Part shown: positions 35,298-48,992 of the stretch, piece after piece
Position numbering within the stretch: position 1 is the first letter of the stretch
How the letters are laid out: the number at the start of each line of letters is the position of its first letter
NCBI RefSeq assembly: GCF_036365525.1
Contig: NW_027142279.1
Coordinates: forward strand, 806,001-870,000
DNA: 64,000 nt
Reading direction: 5' to 3'
From: Heterodontus francisci
Taxonomy: Eukaryota
Program-made: the position numbers and the translations under genes
Notes under the pieces: model-generated
Told to the model about the DNA's origin: nothing
Database searches by the model: none
Seen by the model: only the letters and a program-made list of their open reading frames with translations

Positions 35298-35739
35298 AAG
35301 TCTCCAGGCTCAGAAATACACGGCCGAGTGATTCTCCCGCAGGCTGGAGGTCTCCAGATTGAACTGGGAGTCAGTCGGTCTCTCGGCGGTGAAACCGCCC
35401 ACTGTCCCCTCTGGATCCACATAGTTAACAGTACTGGAGTAAAACATCAACAGCGGCTCCTTCCCCGGGTATTGTCTGTACCAGTACATGGAGAGGTTAC
35501 TGCTGCTCCCCTCCACGGTGCACCTCAGTTCCACTCATTTCTCGGGAAACCTGGAGACTGCGGCGGGAGTCTGGTGGATAGTCTGTGAGTTGACATCTGG
35601 GAGAGAGATGGAGAGAGGAGGAGATCAGTAAACAGGGAACTTCTGGGAATGGAAGGGAGACAGGGAGAAGACAGGAAGGTTCTGAAGGATAATCTTTGTA
35701 TCCTTGAACCAGGATTATCAGAGCCAGGAACAGATACAT
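35298..35739 (-). pseudogene. Family-D V pseudogene (second Cys changed to TGA; leader splice donor deleted)
   Basis: AVYF* at 35310-35312. Leader MYLFLALIILVQ lacks the GTAAGT donor present in paralog 45163-45614. RSS CACACTG(35291-35297), 23-bp spacer, ATAAAAACC. Confidence 0.9.
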
Positions 35740-35974
35740 CTCCCACTTGACACTGCCCTCTCAAACAGCAAAGGAAGTGGAACAGAGGAAATCAGTTCTG
35801 TGACTAACCAATCCGCTCTTTACAAGTCATTGAGTAAAACATGAAGGGCATGAGGAAGTCATGCAGTGTTGGACACGCCCCCTTCCAGCACCCAACCAAT
35901 CAGAATGGACGTGGTTGCTTATGATGGTTGAGTGACTGGATTAAGTGTTGTTAACATCCCCAACAAGAGTGTCT

Positions 35975-38900
35975 GTTAGATCGGAGTCTGTTCCCTGTGG
36001 GGTATTTAGATAGGAGTCTGTTCCCGGGGGGGGGGGGGGGTGTTTAGATAGGAGTCTGTTCCGGGGGTGGGGGGGGGGCGGTATTTAGATAGGAGTCTGT
36101 TCCCGGTGGGGTATTTAGATAGGAGTCTGTTCCCGGGGGGGGGGGTATTTAGATAGGAGTCTGTTCCGGGGGTGGGGGGGGCGGTATTTAGATAGGACTC
36201 TGTTCCCGGGGGGGGTATTTAGATGGGGGTCTGTTCCCGGGGCCCGGGGGGGGGGTGGTATTTAGATAGGAGTCTGTTCCCGGGGGGGTATTTAGATAGG
36301 AGTCTGTTCCCGGTGGGGGTATTTAGATAGGAGTCTGTTCCCGGGTGGGGGTATTTAGATAGGAGTCTGTTGTGGGGTATTTAGATAGGAGTCTGTTCCT
36401 CGGGGGGGGGGTATTTAGATAGGAGTCTGTTGTGGGGTATTTAGATAGGAGTCTGTTCCCGGGGGGGTATTTAGATAGGAGTCTGTTCCCGGGGGGGGTA
36501 TTTAGATAGGAGTCTGTTGTGGGGTATTTAGATAGGAGTCTGTTCCTCGGGCGTGGTGGGGTATTTAGATAGGAGTCTGTTCCCAGTGGGGTATTTAGAT
36601 AGGAGTCTGTTGTGGGGTATTTAGATAGGAGTCTGTTCCTCGGGCGTGGTGGGGTATTTAGATGGGAGTCTGTTCCTCGGGCGTGGTGGGGTATTTAGAT
36701 GGGAGTCTGTTCCTGGGGGGGGTATTTAGATGGGGGTCTGTTCCCGGGGCCCGGGGGGGTATTTAGATAGGAGTCTGATCCCGGGGGGGTATTTAGATAG
36801 GAGTCTGTTCCCTGTGGGGTATTTAGATAGGAGTCTGTTGTGGGGTATTTAGATAGGAGTCTGATCCTCGGGGGTGGTGGGGTATTTAGATAGGAGGCTG
36901 TTCCTGGGGGGTATTTAGACAGGAGTCTGTTCCCGGGGGGGGGGGTGTTTCGATAGGAGTCTGTTCCGGGGGGGGGGGGGGTATTTAGATAGGAGTCTGT
37001 TCCCTGTGGGGTATTTAGATAGGATCCTGTTCCGGGGGTGGGGGGGGGGGTATTTAGATAGGAGTCTGTTCCCGGGGGGGGGGGTATTTAGATAGGAGTC
37101 TGTTCCGGGGGAGGGGGGGCGGTATTTAGATAGGAGTCTGTTCCTGGGGGGGGGGGTATTTAGATGGGGGTCTGTTCCCGGGGCCCGGGGGGGGGGGTGG
37201 TATTTAGATAGGAGTCTGTTCCCGGGGGGGGGTATTTAGATAGGAGTCTGTTCCCGGTGGGGTATTTAGATAGGAGTCTGTTCCCGGGGGGGGGGGTATT
37301 TAGATAGGAGTCTGTTGTGGGGTATTTAGATAGGAGTCTGTTCCTCGGGGGTGGTGGGGTATTTAGATAGGAGGCTGTTCCTGGGGGAGGTATTTAGTTA
37401 GGAGTCTGTTCCTGGGGGAGGTATTTAGATGGGAGTCTGTTCCTGGGGGAGGTATTTAGATGGGAGTCTGTTCCTCGGGCGTGGTGGGGTATTTAGATAG
37501 GAGTCTGTTCCTGGGGGGGGTATTTGGATGGGGTCTGTTCCCGGGGCCCGGGGGGGGGGGAAGTTAGATAGGAGTCTGTTCCCGGTGGGGTATTTAGATA
37601 GGAGTCTGTTCCCGGGGGGGTATTTAGATAGGAGTCTGTTCCCGGTGGGGTATTTAGATAGGAGTCTGTTCCCGGGGGGGGGAGTATTTAGATAGGAGTC
37701 TGTTCCCCTTGGGGTATTTAGATAGGAGTCTGTTGTGGGGTATTTAGATAGGAGTCTGTTCCTCGGGGGTGGTGGGGTATTTAGATAGGAGGCTGTTCCT
37801 GGGGGGAGGGTATTTAGATGGGGGTCTGTTCCCGGGGCCCGGGGGGGGGTATTTAGATAGGAGTCTGTTCCCGGGGGGGGGGGGTATTTAGATAGGAGTC
37901 TGTTCCCGGTGGGGTATTTAGATAGGAGTCTGTTGTGGGGTATTTAGATAGGAGGCTGTTCCTGGGGGGGGTATTTAGATGGGGGTCTGTTCCCGGGGCC
38001 CGGGGGGGTATTCAGATAGGAGTCTGTTCCTGGGGGGGGTATTTAGATGGGGGTCTGTTCCCGGGGCCCGGGGGTGGGGGTGGTATTTAGATAGGAGTCT
38101 GTTCCCGGGGGGGGGGGGTATTTAGATAGGTGTCTGTTCCCGGTGGGGTATTTAGATAGGAGTCTGTTCCCGGGGGGGGGGGGGGTATTTAGATAGGAGT
38201 CTGTTGTGGGGTATTTAGATAGGAGTCTGTTCCTCGGGGGTGGTGGGGTATTTAGATAGGAGGCTGTTCCTGGGGAGGTATTTAGATAGGAGTCTGTTCC
38301 TGGGGGAGGTATTTAGATGGGAGTCTGTTCCTCGGGGGTGGTGGGGTATTTAGATAGGAGGCTGTTCCTCGGGGGTGGTGGGGTATTTAGATAGGAGGCT
38401 GTTCCTGGGGGTGGGTATTTAGATGGGGGTCTGTTCCCGGGGCCCGGTGGGGGGGTATTTAGATAGGAGTCTGTTCCCGGTGGGGTATTTAGATAGGAGT
38501 CTGTTGTGGGGTATTTAGATAGGAGTCTGTTCCTCGGGGGTGGTGGGGTATTTAGATAGGAGTCTGTTCCTGGGGGAGGGGGGTATTTAGATGGGGGTCT
38601 GTTCCCGGGGCCCGGGGGGGTATTTAGAAAGGAGTCTGTTCCTGGGGGGGTATTTAGATGGGGGTCTGTTCCCGGGGCACGGGGGGGGTATTTAGATAGG
38701 AGTCTGTTCCTGGGGGGGTATTTATATGGGGGTCTGTTCCCGTGGCCCGGGGGGGGTATTTAGATAGGAGTCTGTTCCCTGTGGGGTATTTAGATAGGAT
38801 CCTGTTCCGGGGGTGGGGGGGTATTTAGATAGGAGTCTGTTCCTGGGGGGGGGTATTTAGATAGGAGTCTGTTCCTGGGGAAGGTATTTAGATGGGAGTC

Positions 38901-41900
38901 TGTTCCTCGGGGGTGGTGGGGTATTTAGATAGGAGGCTGTTCCTCGGGGGTGGTGGGGTATTTAGATAGGAGGCTGTTCCTGGGGGGGGTATTTAGATGG
39001 GGGTCTGTTCCCAGGGCCCGGGGGGGTATTTGGATAGGAGTCTGTTCCCGGGGCGGGTATTTAGATAGGAGTCTGTTCCCGGTGGGGTATTTAGATAGGA
39101 GTCTGTTGTGGGGTATTTAGATAGGAGTCTGTTCCTGGGGGGGGGGGGGTATTTAGATGGGGGTCTGTTCCCGGGGCCCGGGGGGCGGGGTATTTAGGTA
39201 GGAGTCTGTTCCTGGGGGGGTATTTAGATGGGGGTCTGTTCCCGGGGCCCGGGGGGGTATTTAGATAGGAGTCTGTTCCTGGGGGGGGTATTTAGATGGG
39301 GGTCCGTTCCCGGGGCCCGGGGGGGTGGTATTTAGATAGGAGTCTGTTCCCTGTGGGGTATTTAGATAGGATCCTGTTCCGGGGGTGGGGGGGGGTATTT
39401 AGATAGGAGTCTGTTCCCGGGGGGGGGGGTATTTAGATAGGAGTCTGTTCCGGGGGTGGGGGGGGCGGTATTTAGATAGGAGTCTGTTCCTGGGGGGGGT
39501 ATTTAGATGGGGGTCTGTTCCCGGGGCCCGGGGGGCGGGGTGGTATTTAGATAGGAGTCTGTTCCCGGGGGGGGTATTTAGATAGGAGTCTGTTCCCGGT
39601 GGGGTATTTAGATAGGAGTCGGTTCCCGGGGGGGGTATTTAGATAGGAGTCTGTTGTGGGGTATTTAGATAGGAGTCTGTTCCTCGGGGGTGGTGGGGTA
39701 TTTAGATAGGAGGCTGTTCCTGGGGGAGGTATTTAGATAGGAGTCTGTTCCTGGGGGAGGTATTTAGATGGGAGTCTGTTCCTGGGGGAGGTATTTAGAT
39801 GGGAGTCTGTTCCTCGGGCGTGGTGGGGTATTTAGATAGGAGTCTGTTCCTGGGGGGGGTATTTAGATGGGGGTCTGTTCCCGGGGCCCGGGGGGGGGGG
39901 TATTTAGATAGGAGTCTGTTCCCGGGGGGGGGGTTATTTAGATAGGAGTCTGTTCCCGGTGGGGTATTTACATAGGAGTCTGTTGTGGGGTATTTAGATA
40001 GGAGTCTGTTCCTCGGGGGTGGTGGGGTATTTAGATAGGAGGCTGTTCCTGGGCGGGGGGGGTATTTAGATGGGGGTCTGTTCCCGGGGGGGGAGGTATT
40101 TAGATAGGAGTCTGTTCCTGGGGGGGGTATTTAGATAGGAGTCTGTTGTGGGGTATTTAGATAGGAGTCTGATCCTCGGGGGTGGTGGGGTATTTAGATA
40201 GGAGGCTGTTCCTGGGGGGGTATTTAGACAGGAGTCTGTTCCCGGGGGGGGGGTGTTTCGATAGGAGTCTGTTCCGGGGGGGGGGGGGTATTTAGATAGG
40301 AGTCTGTTCCCTGTGGGGTATTTAGATAGGATCCTGTTCCGGGGGTGGGGGGGGGGGTATTTAGATAGGAGTCTGTTCCCGGGGGGGGGGTATTTAGATA
40401 GGAGTCTGTTCCGGGGGAGGGGGGGCGGTATTTAGATAGGAGTCTGTTCCTGGGGGGGGGGGGTATTTAGATGGGGGTCTGTTCCCGGGGCCCGGGGGGG
40501 GGTGGTATTTAGATAGGAGTCTGTTCCCGGGGGGGGGTATTTAGATAGGAGTCTGTTCCCGGTGGGGTATTTAGATAGGAGTCTGTTCCCGGGGGGGGGG
40601 GGTATTTAGATAGGAGTCTGTTGTGGGGTATTTAGATAGGAGTCTGTTCCTCGGGGGTGGTGGGGTATTTAGATAGGAGGCTGTTCCTGGGCGAGGTATT
40701 TAGTTAGGAGTCTGTTCCTGGGGGAGGTATTTAGATGGGAGTCTGTTCCTGGGGGAGGTATTTAGATGGGAGTCTGTTCCTCGGGCGTGGTGGGGTATTT
40801 AGATAGGAGTCTGTTCCTGGGGGGGGTATTTGGATGGGGTCTGTTCCCGGGGCCCGGGGGGGGGGGAAGTTAGATAGGAGTCTGTTCCCGGTGGGGTATT
40901 TAGATAGGAGTCTGTTCCCGGGGGGGTATTTAGATAGGAGTCTGTTCCCGGTGGGGTATTTAGATAGGAGTCTGTTCCCGGGGGGGGAGTATTTAGATAG
41001 GAGTCTGTTCCCCTTGGGGTATTTAGATAGGAGTCTGTTGTGGGGTATTTAGATAGGAGTCTGTTCCTCGGGGGTGGTGGGGTATTTAGATAGGAGGCTG
41101 TTCCTGGGGGGAGGGTATTTAGATGGGGGTCTGTTCCCGGGGCCCGGGGGGGGGGTATTTAGATAGGAGTCTGTTCCCGGGGGGGGGGGTATTTAGATAG
41201 GAGTCTGTTCCCGGTGGGGTATTTAGATAGGAGTCTGTTGTGGGGTATTTAGATAGGAGGCTGTTCCTGGGGGGGGTATTTAGATGGGGGTCTGTTCCCG
41301 GGGCCCGGGGGGGTATTCAGATAGGAGTCTGTTCCTGGGGGGGGTATTTAGATGGGGGTCTGTTCCCAGGGCCCGGGGGTGGGGGTGGTATTTAGATAGG
41401 AGTCTGTTCCCGGGGGGGGGGGGGGTATTTAGATAGGTGTCTGTTCCCGGTGGGGTATTTAGATAGGAGTCTGTTCCCGGGGGGGGGGGTATTTAGATAG
41501 GAGTCTGTTGTGGGGTATTTAGATAGGAGTCTGTTCCTCGGGGGTGGTGGGGTATTTAGATAGGAGGCTGTTCCTGGGGAGGTATTTAGATAGGAGACTG
41601 TTCCTGGGGGAGGTATTTAGATGGGAGTCTGTTCCTCGGGGGTGGTGGGGTATTTAGATAGGAGGCTGTTCCTCGGGGGTGGTGGGGTATTTAGATAGGA
41701 GGCTGTTCCTGGGGGTGGGTATTTAGATGGGGGTCTGTTCCCGGGGCCCGGTGGGGGGGTATTTAGATAGGAGTCTGTTCCCGGTGGGGTATTTAGATAG
41801 GAGTCTGTTGTGGGGTATTTAGATAGGAGTCTGTTCCTCGGGGGTGGTGGGGTATTTAGATAGGAGTCTGTTCCTGGGGGAGGGGGGTATTTAGATGGGG

Positions 41901-43540
41901 GTCTGTTCCCGGGGCCCGGGGGGGTATTTAGAAAGGAGTCTGTTCCTGGGGGGGTATTTAGATGGGGGTCTGTTCCCGGGGCACGGGGGGGGTATTTAGA
42001 TAGGAGTCTGTTCCTGGGCGGGTATTTATATGGGGGTCTGTTCCCGTGGCCCGGGGGGGGTATTTAGATAGGAGTCTGTTCCCTGTGGGGTATTTAGATA
42101 GGATCCTGTTCCGGGGGTGGGGGGGTATTTAGATAGGAGTCTGTTCCTGGGGGGGGGTATTTAGATAGGAGTCTGTTCCTGGGGGAGGTATTTAGATGGG
42201 AGTCTGTTCCTCGGGGGTGGTGGGGTATTTAGATAGGAGGCTGTTCCTCGGGGGTGGTGGGGTATTTAGATAGGAGGCTGTTCCTGGGGGGGGTATTTAG
42301 ATGGGGGTCTGTTCCCGGGGCCCGGGGGGGTATTTGGATAGGAGTCTGTTCCCGGGGCGGGTATTTAGATAGGAGTCTGTTCCCGGTGGGGTATTTAGAT
42401 AGGAGTCTGTTGTGGGGTATTTAGATAGGAGTCTGTTCCTGGGGGGGGGGGGGTATTTAGATGGGGGTCTGTTCCCGGGGCCCGGGGGGGGGGGTATTTA
42501 GGTAGGAGTCTGTTCCTGGGGGGGTATTTAGATGGGGGTCTGTTCCCGGGGCCCGGGGGGGGTATTTAGATAGGAGTCTGTTCCTGGGGGGGGTATTTAG
42601 ATGGGGGTCCGTTCCCGGGGCCCGGGGGGGTGGTATTTAGATAGGAGTCTGTTCCCTGTGGGGTATTTAGATAGGATCCTGTTCCGGGGGTGGGGGGGGG
42701 CGGTATTTAGATAGGAGTCTGTTCCTGGGGGGGGTATTTAGATGGGGGTCTGTTCCCGGGGCCCGGGGGGCGGGGTGGTATTTAGATAGGAGTCTGTTCC
42801 CGGGGGGGGGGGTATTTAGATAGGAGTCTGTTCCGGGGGTGGGGGGGGCGGTATTTAGATAGGAGTCTGTTCCTGGGGGGGGTATTTAGATGGGGGTCTG
42901 TTCCCGGGGCCCGGGGGGCGGGGTGGTATTTAGATAGGAGTCTGTTCCCGGGGGGGGTATTTAGATAGGAGTCTGTTCCCGGTGGGGTATTTAGATAGGA
43001 GTCGGTTCCCGGGGGGGGTATTTAGATAGGAGTCTGTTGTGGGGTATTTAGATAGGAGTCTGTTCCTCGGGGGTGGTGGGGTATTTAGATAGGAGGCTGT
43101 TCCTGGGGGAGGTATTTAGATAGGAGTCTGTTCCTGGGGGAGGTATTTAGATGGGAGTCTGTTCCTGGGGGAGGTATTTAGATGGGAGTCTGTTCCTCGG
43201 GCGTGGTGGGGTATTTAGATAGGAGTCTGTTCCTGGGGGGGGGTATTTAGATGGGGGTCTGTTCCCGGGGCCCGGGGGGGGGGGTATTTAGATAGGAGTC
43301 TGTTCCCGGGGGGGGGGGGTTATTTAGATAGGAGTCTGTTCCCGGTGGGGTATTTACATAGGAGTCTGTTGTGGGGTATTTAGATAGGAGTCTGTTCCTC
43401 GGGGGTGGTGGGGTATTTAGATAGGAGGCTGTTCCTGGGCGGGGGGGGGGGTATTTAGATGGGGGTCTGTTCCCGGGGGGGGAGGTATTTAGATAGGAGT
43501 CTGTTCCTGGGGGGGGTATTTAGATAGGATCCTGTTCCGG
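35975..43540 (+). repeat. 7.6-kb G-rich minisatellite, unit GGGGTATTTAGATAGGAGTCTGTTCC(C)G(n), ~25-42 bp, with ~3.3-kb higher-order duplication
   Basis: Over 200 units estimated from length. Rare variants recur at ~3.3-kb offset (36944/40252, 37521/40827, 38627/41931). Confidence 0.95.
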
Positions 43541-44200
43541 GGATAGATAACCAGTTAGAGAGATATACATATAGAGAGACAGAGAGATAGATAACCAGGT
43601 AAGAGATAGATAGATCCAGAGACAGAGTGATAGGTAACCAGGTAGAGAGATAGATAGATAGAGAGACAGAGTGATAGATAACCAGTTAGAGAGATATATA
43701 GATAGAGAGACAGAGTGATAGGTAACCAGTTAGAGAGATATATAGATAGAGAGACAGAGAGATAGGTAACCAGGTAGAGAGATATATAGATAGAGAGACA
43801 GAGTGATAGATAACCAGGTAGAGAGATATATAGATAGAGAGACAGAGAGATAGATAACCAGTTAGAGAGATATATAGATAGAGAGACAGAGTGATAGATA
43901 ACCAGTTAGAGAGATATATAGATCGAGAGACAGAGTGATAGATAACCAGTTAGAGAGATATTTCGATAGAGAGACAGAGAGATAGATAACCAGGTAGAGA
44001 GATATATAGATAGAGAGACAGAGAGATAGATAACCAGTTAGAGAGATATATAGATAGAGAGACAGAGAGATAGATAACCAGGTAGAGAGATATATAGATA
44101 GAGAGACAGAGAGATAGATAACCAGTTAGAGAGATATATAGATAGAGAGACAGAGAGATAGATAACCAGTTAGAGAGATGGATAGATAGAGAGACAGTCA
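43541..44200 (+). repeat. ~44-bp GA-rich tandem repeat (gatagataaccagttagagagatatatagatagagagacagaga)
   Basis: Directly visible; an expansion of the short element seen 3' of other V segments (e.g. ~21480). Confidence 0.85.
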
Positions 44201-45162
44201 GGTAGACAGGTAGATACAGAGAGAGAGAGGTAGATCGAGGGAAACTCAGATAGGTAGAGAAATAGCAAGCTGGATAGAGAGACAGTCAGGTAGACAGATA
44301 GATATAGAGAGAGGTTGAGAAATAGAGAGATAGAGGGAAATTCAGAGAGGTAGAGAAATAACGAGCCAGACAGAGAGACAGTCACTGCCCCTGCAAAAGA
44401 CAGGGATGTTAATTGGCATTCTCTCATTTTACACCAGCTTGGTAACTAGAATGAGGTAGAGGGATGGAGGGAGAGGGAAAGAGAGGGAGGGAGAGAGAGG
44501 AATGGAGGGAGACTGTTGGAGAGAGGGAGAGAGAGAGATGGAGAGAGGGAGAGAGAGGGATGGAGAGAGGGAGCGACAGGAAGTTATTGATCAGTCATGA
44601 TCTCCTTGAAGGGCGGTGTGTTTCCGAGGTGATGAATGTTCTCCTTGTGTTCCCAGGTCACTGTTAAAGTGTGTTCCAGACTCTGATGTTTATCATGGTC
44701 CTACAGCGCACTCCGCTGTCCCTTTGGAGAAAAAAAACACAGTGACATAAAACGACAACGTATGTATCTATCTCTCTATCTATCGATCTCTCTATCTATC
44801 TGTATTTATCTGATCTTCATTTCACATATTAAAATCTTTAATAATCTCTCTAAGAACGCTGAATGTTTACCCTTCAGTTTCTCCTTTCTGGAGCAAAGAT
44901 CCCCTGATGTTCAAACTATCTTGATAACTTTAACCTCTGTGTTCTGATATCATTCCTGTGAAGTCGATTTCACAATTCTCATGTGTTTCCATATCTAACC
45001 TGTTACTTTCTATTGAAATCCGCCTGTCTTCTTGTGAAAAACATGTTCCCAATGATAAAAACACCCAACAGGATGCAGCACCGCCTGATTTTATCTGAAA
45101 CAGGTATTTCCTGCTGCCTTTGGGGTTTTTGTTGAACTGCACCATCTCTCTGAGTCAGTCTG

Positions 45163-45614
45163 AAGACTCCAGGCACAGAAATACACGGCCGAGTGATTCT
45201 CCCGAAGGCTGGAGGACTCCAGGTTGAACTGGGAATCAGTCTGTCTCTCGGCGGTGAAACCATCCACTGTCCCCTCTGGATCCACATAGTTAGCAGTATT
45301 GGAGTAAAACATCAACAGCGGCTCGTTCCCCGGGTATTGTCTGTACCAGTACATGTTGAGGTTACTGCTGCTCCCCTCCACAGTGCACATCAGTTCCACT
45401 CCTTTCCCGGGAAATCTGGAGACAGCGGCGGGAATCTGGTGGATAGTCTGTGAGTTCACATCTGGGAGAGAGATGGAGAGAGGAGGAGATCAGTAAACAG
45501 GGAATTTCTGGGAATGAAAGAAAGACAGGGAGAGGAGAGGAAGGTTCTGACTGATAATCTTTGTATTTGGCACTTACGTTGAACCAGGATTATCAGAGCC
45601 AGGAACAGATACAT
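45163..45614 (-). CDS. TRBV: Family-D V, open frame but defective RSS heptamer (CAGACTG)
   Basis: Leader 45578-45614 with GTAAGT donor; V exon 45163-45461 open to YFCAWS. Heptamer CAGACTG(45156-45162), 23-bp spacer, ACAAAAACC(45124-45132). Confidence 0.85.
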
Positions 45615-46089
45615 CTCCCACTTGACACTGCCCTGTCAAACAGCAAAGGCAGTGGAACAGATGAGATCAGTTCTGTGGCTAACCAATCCGCTCCTGACAA
45701 ATCATTGAGTAAGACATGAAGGGCATGAAGACGTGATGCAGTGTTGGACACGCCCCCTTCCACCACCCAACCAATCAGAATGGACGTGGTTGCTTATGAT
45801 GGCTGAGTGACTGGATTAAGTGTTGTTAACATCCTCAACAAGGGTGTCTGTTGTTCAGTTCCTAACTTATTGATTAGAAATCTCCAACTGTTCATATCCA
45901 GATTCCAAATGAACCTCATCGGCATTCCCAAATTAGCCACATGTAGATTCCCAATGATAGACATCTGGATTCCAAATGATCTGCTCCTGTGGAGGATGTA
46001 TTCGTGTGTTGCTAATTTAACTAGACTCCTCATCCACAGCCTCAGCTAGTGTTTTCGTAACGTGAGGGTGAATCCCACCAATACAGATC

Positions 46090-46318
46090 ATGAAATTGCA
46101 GCAATCCATTTAGTTCACTGATGTCCATTAGGGATGGAAATCTGCCTCCTTCACCTGGTCTGGCCTACTTGTGACTCCAGATCCACACATTGTGGTTGAC
46201 TCTTAAAAGCCCTCTGCAATGACCAAGCAAGTCATCCAGTTCAAGGGCTATTAGGAATGGGCAATAAATGCTGGCCTCGCTGGCGAGGCCCACATCTCAT
46301 GAACGAATTAAGAAAAAC
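46090..46318 (+). mobile_element. SINE 3' portion sharing its tail with the CR1/L2-clade LINE
   Basis: Tail aataaatgctggcctcgc..cccacatctcatgaacg resembles 18410-18460; body resembles 61305-61385. Confidence 0.55.
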
Positions 46319-46487
46319 AGGCCGATGTTGATTCACAAATAGTCAGCTGGGAGTCCTGGCAATCATTTCCTGCAACACTGGCCAAAGGGAAGTAGGTTCA
46401 ACAATATCTGGGTCACACTGGGCTGCTGATCTATTCGACAGCTCGGTCTGTGCTCATTACTGGGCCCATAACCATCAGGGTGGCTCA

Positions 46488-46665
46488 AATCTACTGCTGC
46501 CACCTGCTGGCGGAAAATGAGCACTGAGATTCAATCTACTGCTGCCACCTGCTGGCGACAAATGAGCACTGAGATTCATTCTCTGCTGCCCCCTGCCGGG
46601 GGAGGATGAGCACAGAGATTCAATCTACTGCTGCCCCCTGTCGGTGGAAGATGAGCACTGAACTC
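46488..46665 (-). repeat. 45-bp CTCF-motif tandem repeat, 4 copies, 3' of a family-C RSS
   Basis: Two units read CCAGCAGGTGGCAGC on the minus strand; the others read CCGGCAGGGGGCAGC and CCGACAGGGGGCAGC. Confidence 0.85.
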
Positions 46666-46720
46666 CCGTTCATCCGCTGCAGGTTTTTGCAGCTGCGGAT
46701 CCGCTTTCTCAAACACTGTG

Positions 46721-47589
46721 CGACACTGCAAGCGCAGAAATAGACAGCGGTGTGAGATGGAGTGGCGTCTCTCAGTGCCAAAGTAAACAGTGTATTGCTG
46801 GCTCTGTCTGCCTTAAATGACTCGGACGTGTAATTGGTAACAGACCCTTCTGGAGCAGAAAAGAACAGAGCTTCCAGTGCCCTGTCTGGTTGTTGTCTGT
46901 ACCAGTACAGAAAGGAATAGGCAGTATTGGTCAGCGTGCATCTGAGTGTTGTCGACTCTCCTGCTGCAATCGATAGGATAGAGGGCGACTGTTCCACATA
47001 GGAGGAGAGTATTCCTTTGGATGGAACATCGATTAGATTATCATTTCAGTCAATAATGGAATGGAGCAGGGGTTGCATTGCAAGAAAAAAAGGGCTTACA
47101 TTGATATAGCGCCATTCAGGACCTCAGGACATCAGAAAGGGCTTTGCAACCAATGTAGTTACTCCCTCAGTACAGCCTCTGCGACAGTGCAGCACCCACT
47201 AAGTACTGCCTCTGTGACAGTGCTGCACTCCCTCAGTACTGCCTCTGCGACAGTGCAGCACACCCTCAGTACTGCCTCTGTGACAGTGCTGCACTCCCTC
47301 AGTACTGCCTCTGCGACAGTGCAGCACACCCTCAGTACAGCCTTTGCGACAGTGCAGCACTCCCTCAGTACTGCCTCTGCGACAGTGCAGCACTTCCCCA
47401 GTACTGCCTCTGCGACAGTGCAGCACTCCCTCAGTCCTGACACGTGGTTTGTCAGCCTTGACATTGAGCTCAAATGTTCTGGAGTGAGACTCAGACACAG
47501 GAGTGTTCCGGACAGAATCACCCCTAACATTACAATACATTATTCGACACTGTTTCTGACTTTGACTTACGTGGGAACAGGGCAGGCAT
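46721..47589 (-). pseudogene. Family-C V with intact V exon (46721-47014) and RSS, but a 42-bp deletion removes the leader ATG
   Basis: Relative to 20215-20290, the segment equivalent to 20248-20289 is missing; only MPALFP remains in frame. RSS CACAGTG(46714-46720), 23-bp spacer, GCAAAAACC. About 8 intronic 33-mers. Confidence 0.8.
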
Positions 47590-48992
47590 CAAGATTAGAC
47601 AGATGTGTGAACGTGTGGAGTTTTCAACAACACACTTGCAGGCGGTTTCTTTATTGTATCCAATCAAATACCCAGCATCCGGTTGTCATTGTTATTGGCA
47701 GTCACTTACTGTGACACTCTGCTCCACCCCATTACTTTGCATAGCAATGTTGTAGAATGATACAACACAGGAGGATAGGGGGAGATTGAATAGAGGTGTT
47801 CACATTTCAGAAAGGGCTTTGATAGAGTAGAATTCAGGGAAACGCCCCTCTACACCCAGAGAATGTGCCCATCCCTTATTGCCCCTGAGAAGGTGATGGT
47901 GAACCATCTTCGGGAATACCTGCTGGGCCATATCAGAGGGCAGTTAATAGTCAACCACATTGCTGTGGGTCTGGAGTCACATATAGGCCAGACCGGGTAG
48001 GAATGGCGGATTTCCTTCCCTGAAGGTAATCAATGAAGACGCTGGGTTTTTAAGACACTCCATGTTCAGGATTACTCATACTTTCCATGACAGATTTTTA
48101 TTTATTTAATTAATTGAATTTAAATTGCATTTCTGCCCCGGTGGGAATTGAACTCAAGTCTGGGGATCATTAGTCCAGGCCTCTGGATTACTAGCCCAGT
48201 AACATAACTGCTCTGCTGCCGAACCTCCGTGGTGAATGGGAGTTAAATGGTTAAATTGTTCACTGGTCTGAACTGCTAGTTTCTTTGAAGAACACATTAA
48301 ATGTGACTCGAGTCTGAGGTGAAAGTGGGTAAAGAGTTTTCAGCAGCTTCTGAACTCGCTGTCAGGAGGCAGGTGTCCCAGAGATGAAGGTATCTGGAGA
48401 GGGGTTTCGACTTTGAACAGTGTGAAACAGCGCTCAGATGGTTCAGGGTTCTGCGCTGAGTTAGTTTCTGTGCATTGGGGAGTTGTTCACCTCTGTGTAG
48501 TGAAGGTTAGAGGGAGATTAACCAGACTTGTATCAGGGATGAGGGACTTCATTTACTGTGGAGAGACTGGAGAAGCTGGGGGTTTCTGCCCTTAGAACAG
48601 AGAAGGTTAATGGTAGATGTGATACAGATATTGAAGATCATAGAGGATTTTGATAGATAATTGATGACAAATCACATCTTCTACTGGTCAATATATAGAA
48701 AATCTATGAAAAGATGGTCATTCATTACATTACTGCAGTATGTTTAATTAGTTCATACAAACTTTAATTACCTAAAGATAGATTTAGATAGACAGAGAGA
48801 CAGAGAGATAGATAACCAGGTAAAGTGATAGATAGATAGAGAGACAGAGAGATAAACAATCAGGTGGACAGATAGATATGAACAATAAGCTTCAATCTAC
48901 TGCTGACCCCTGCCAGTTGAAGATGAGCACTGAACTCCCGTTCATCCGCTGCAGGTTTTTGCAGCTGCTGATCCGCTTTCTCAAACACTGTG

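Noticed and set aside
35975-43540. CRISPR array or Ig class-switch region
   Set aside because: The inter-repeat parts are short G runs rather than unique spacers, there are no cas genes, and the context is vertebrate. The unit lacks the AGCT motifs of switch regions and there is no constant gene nearby.
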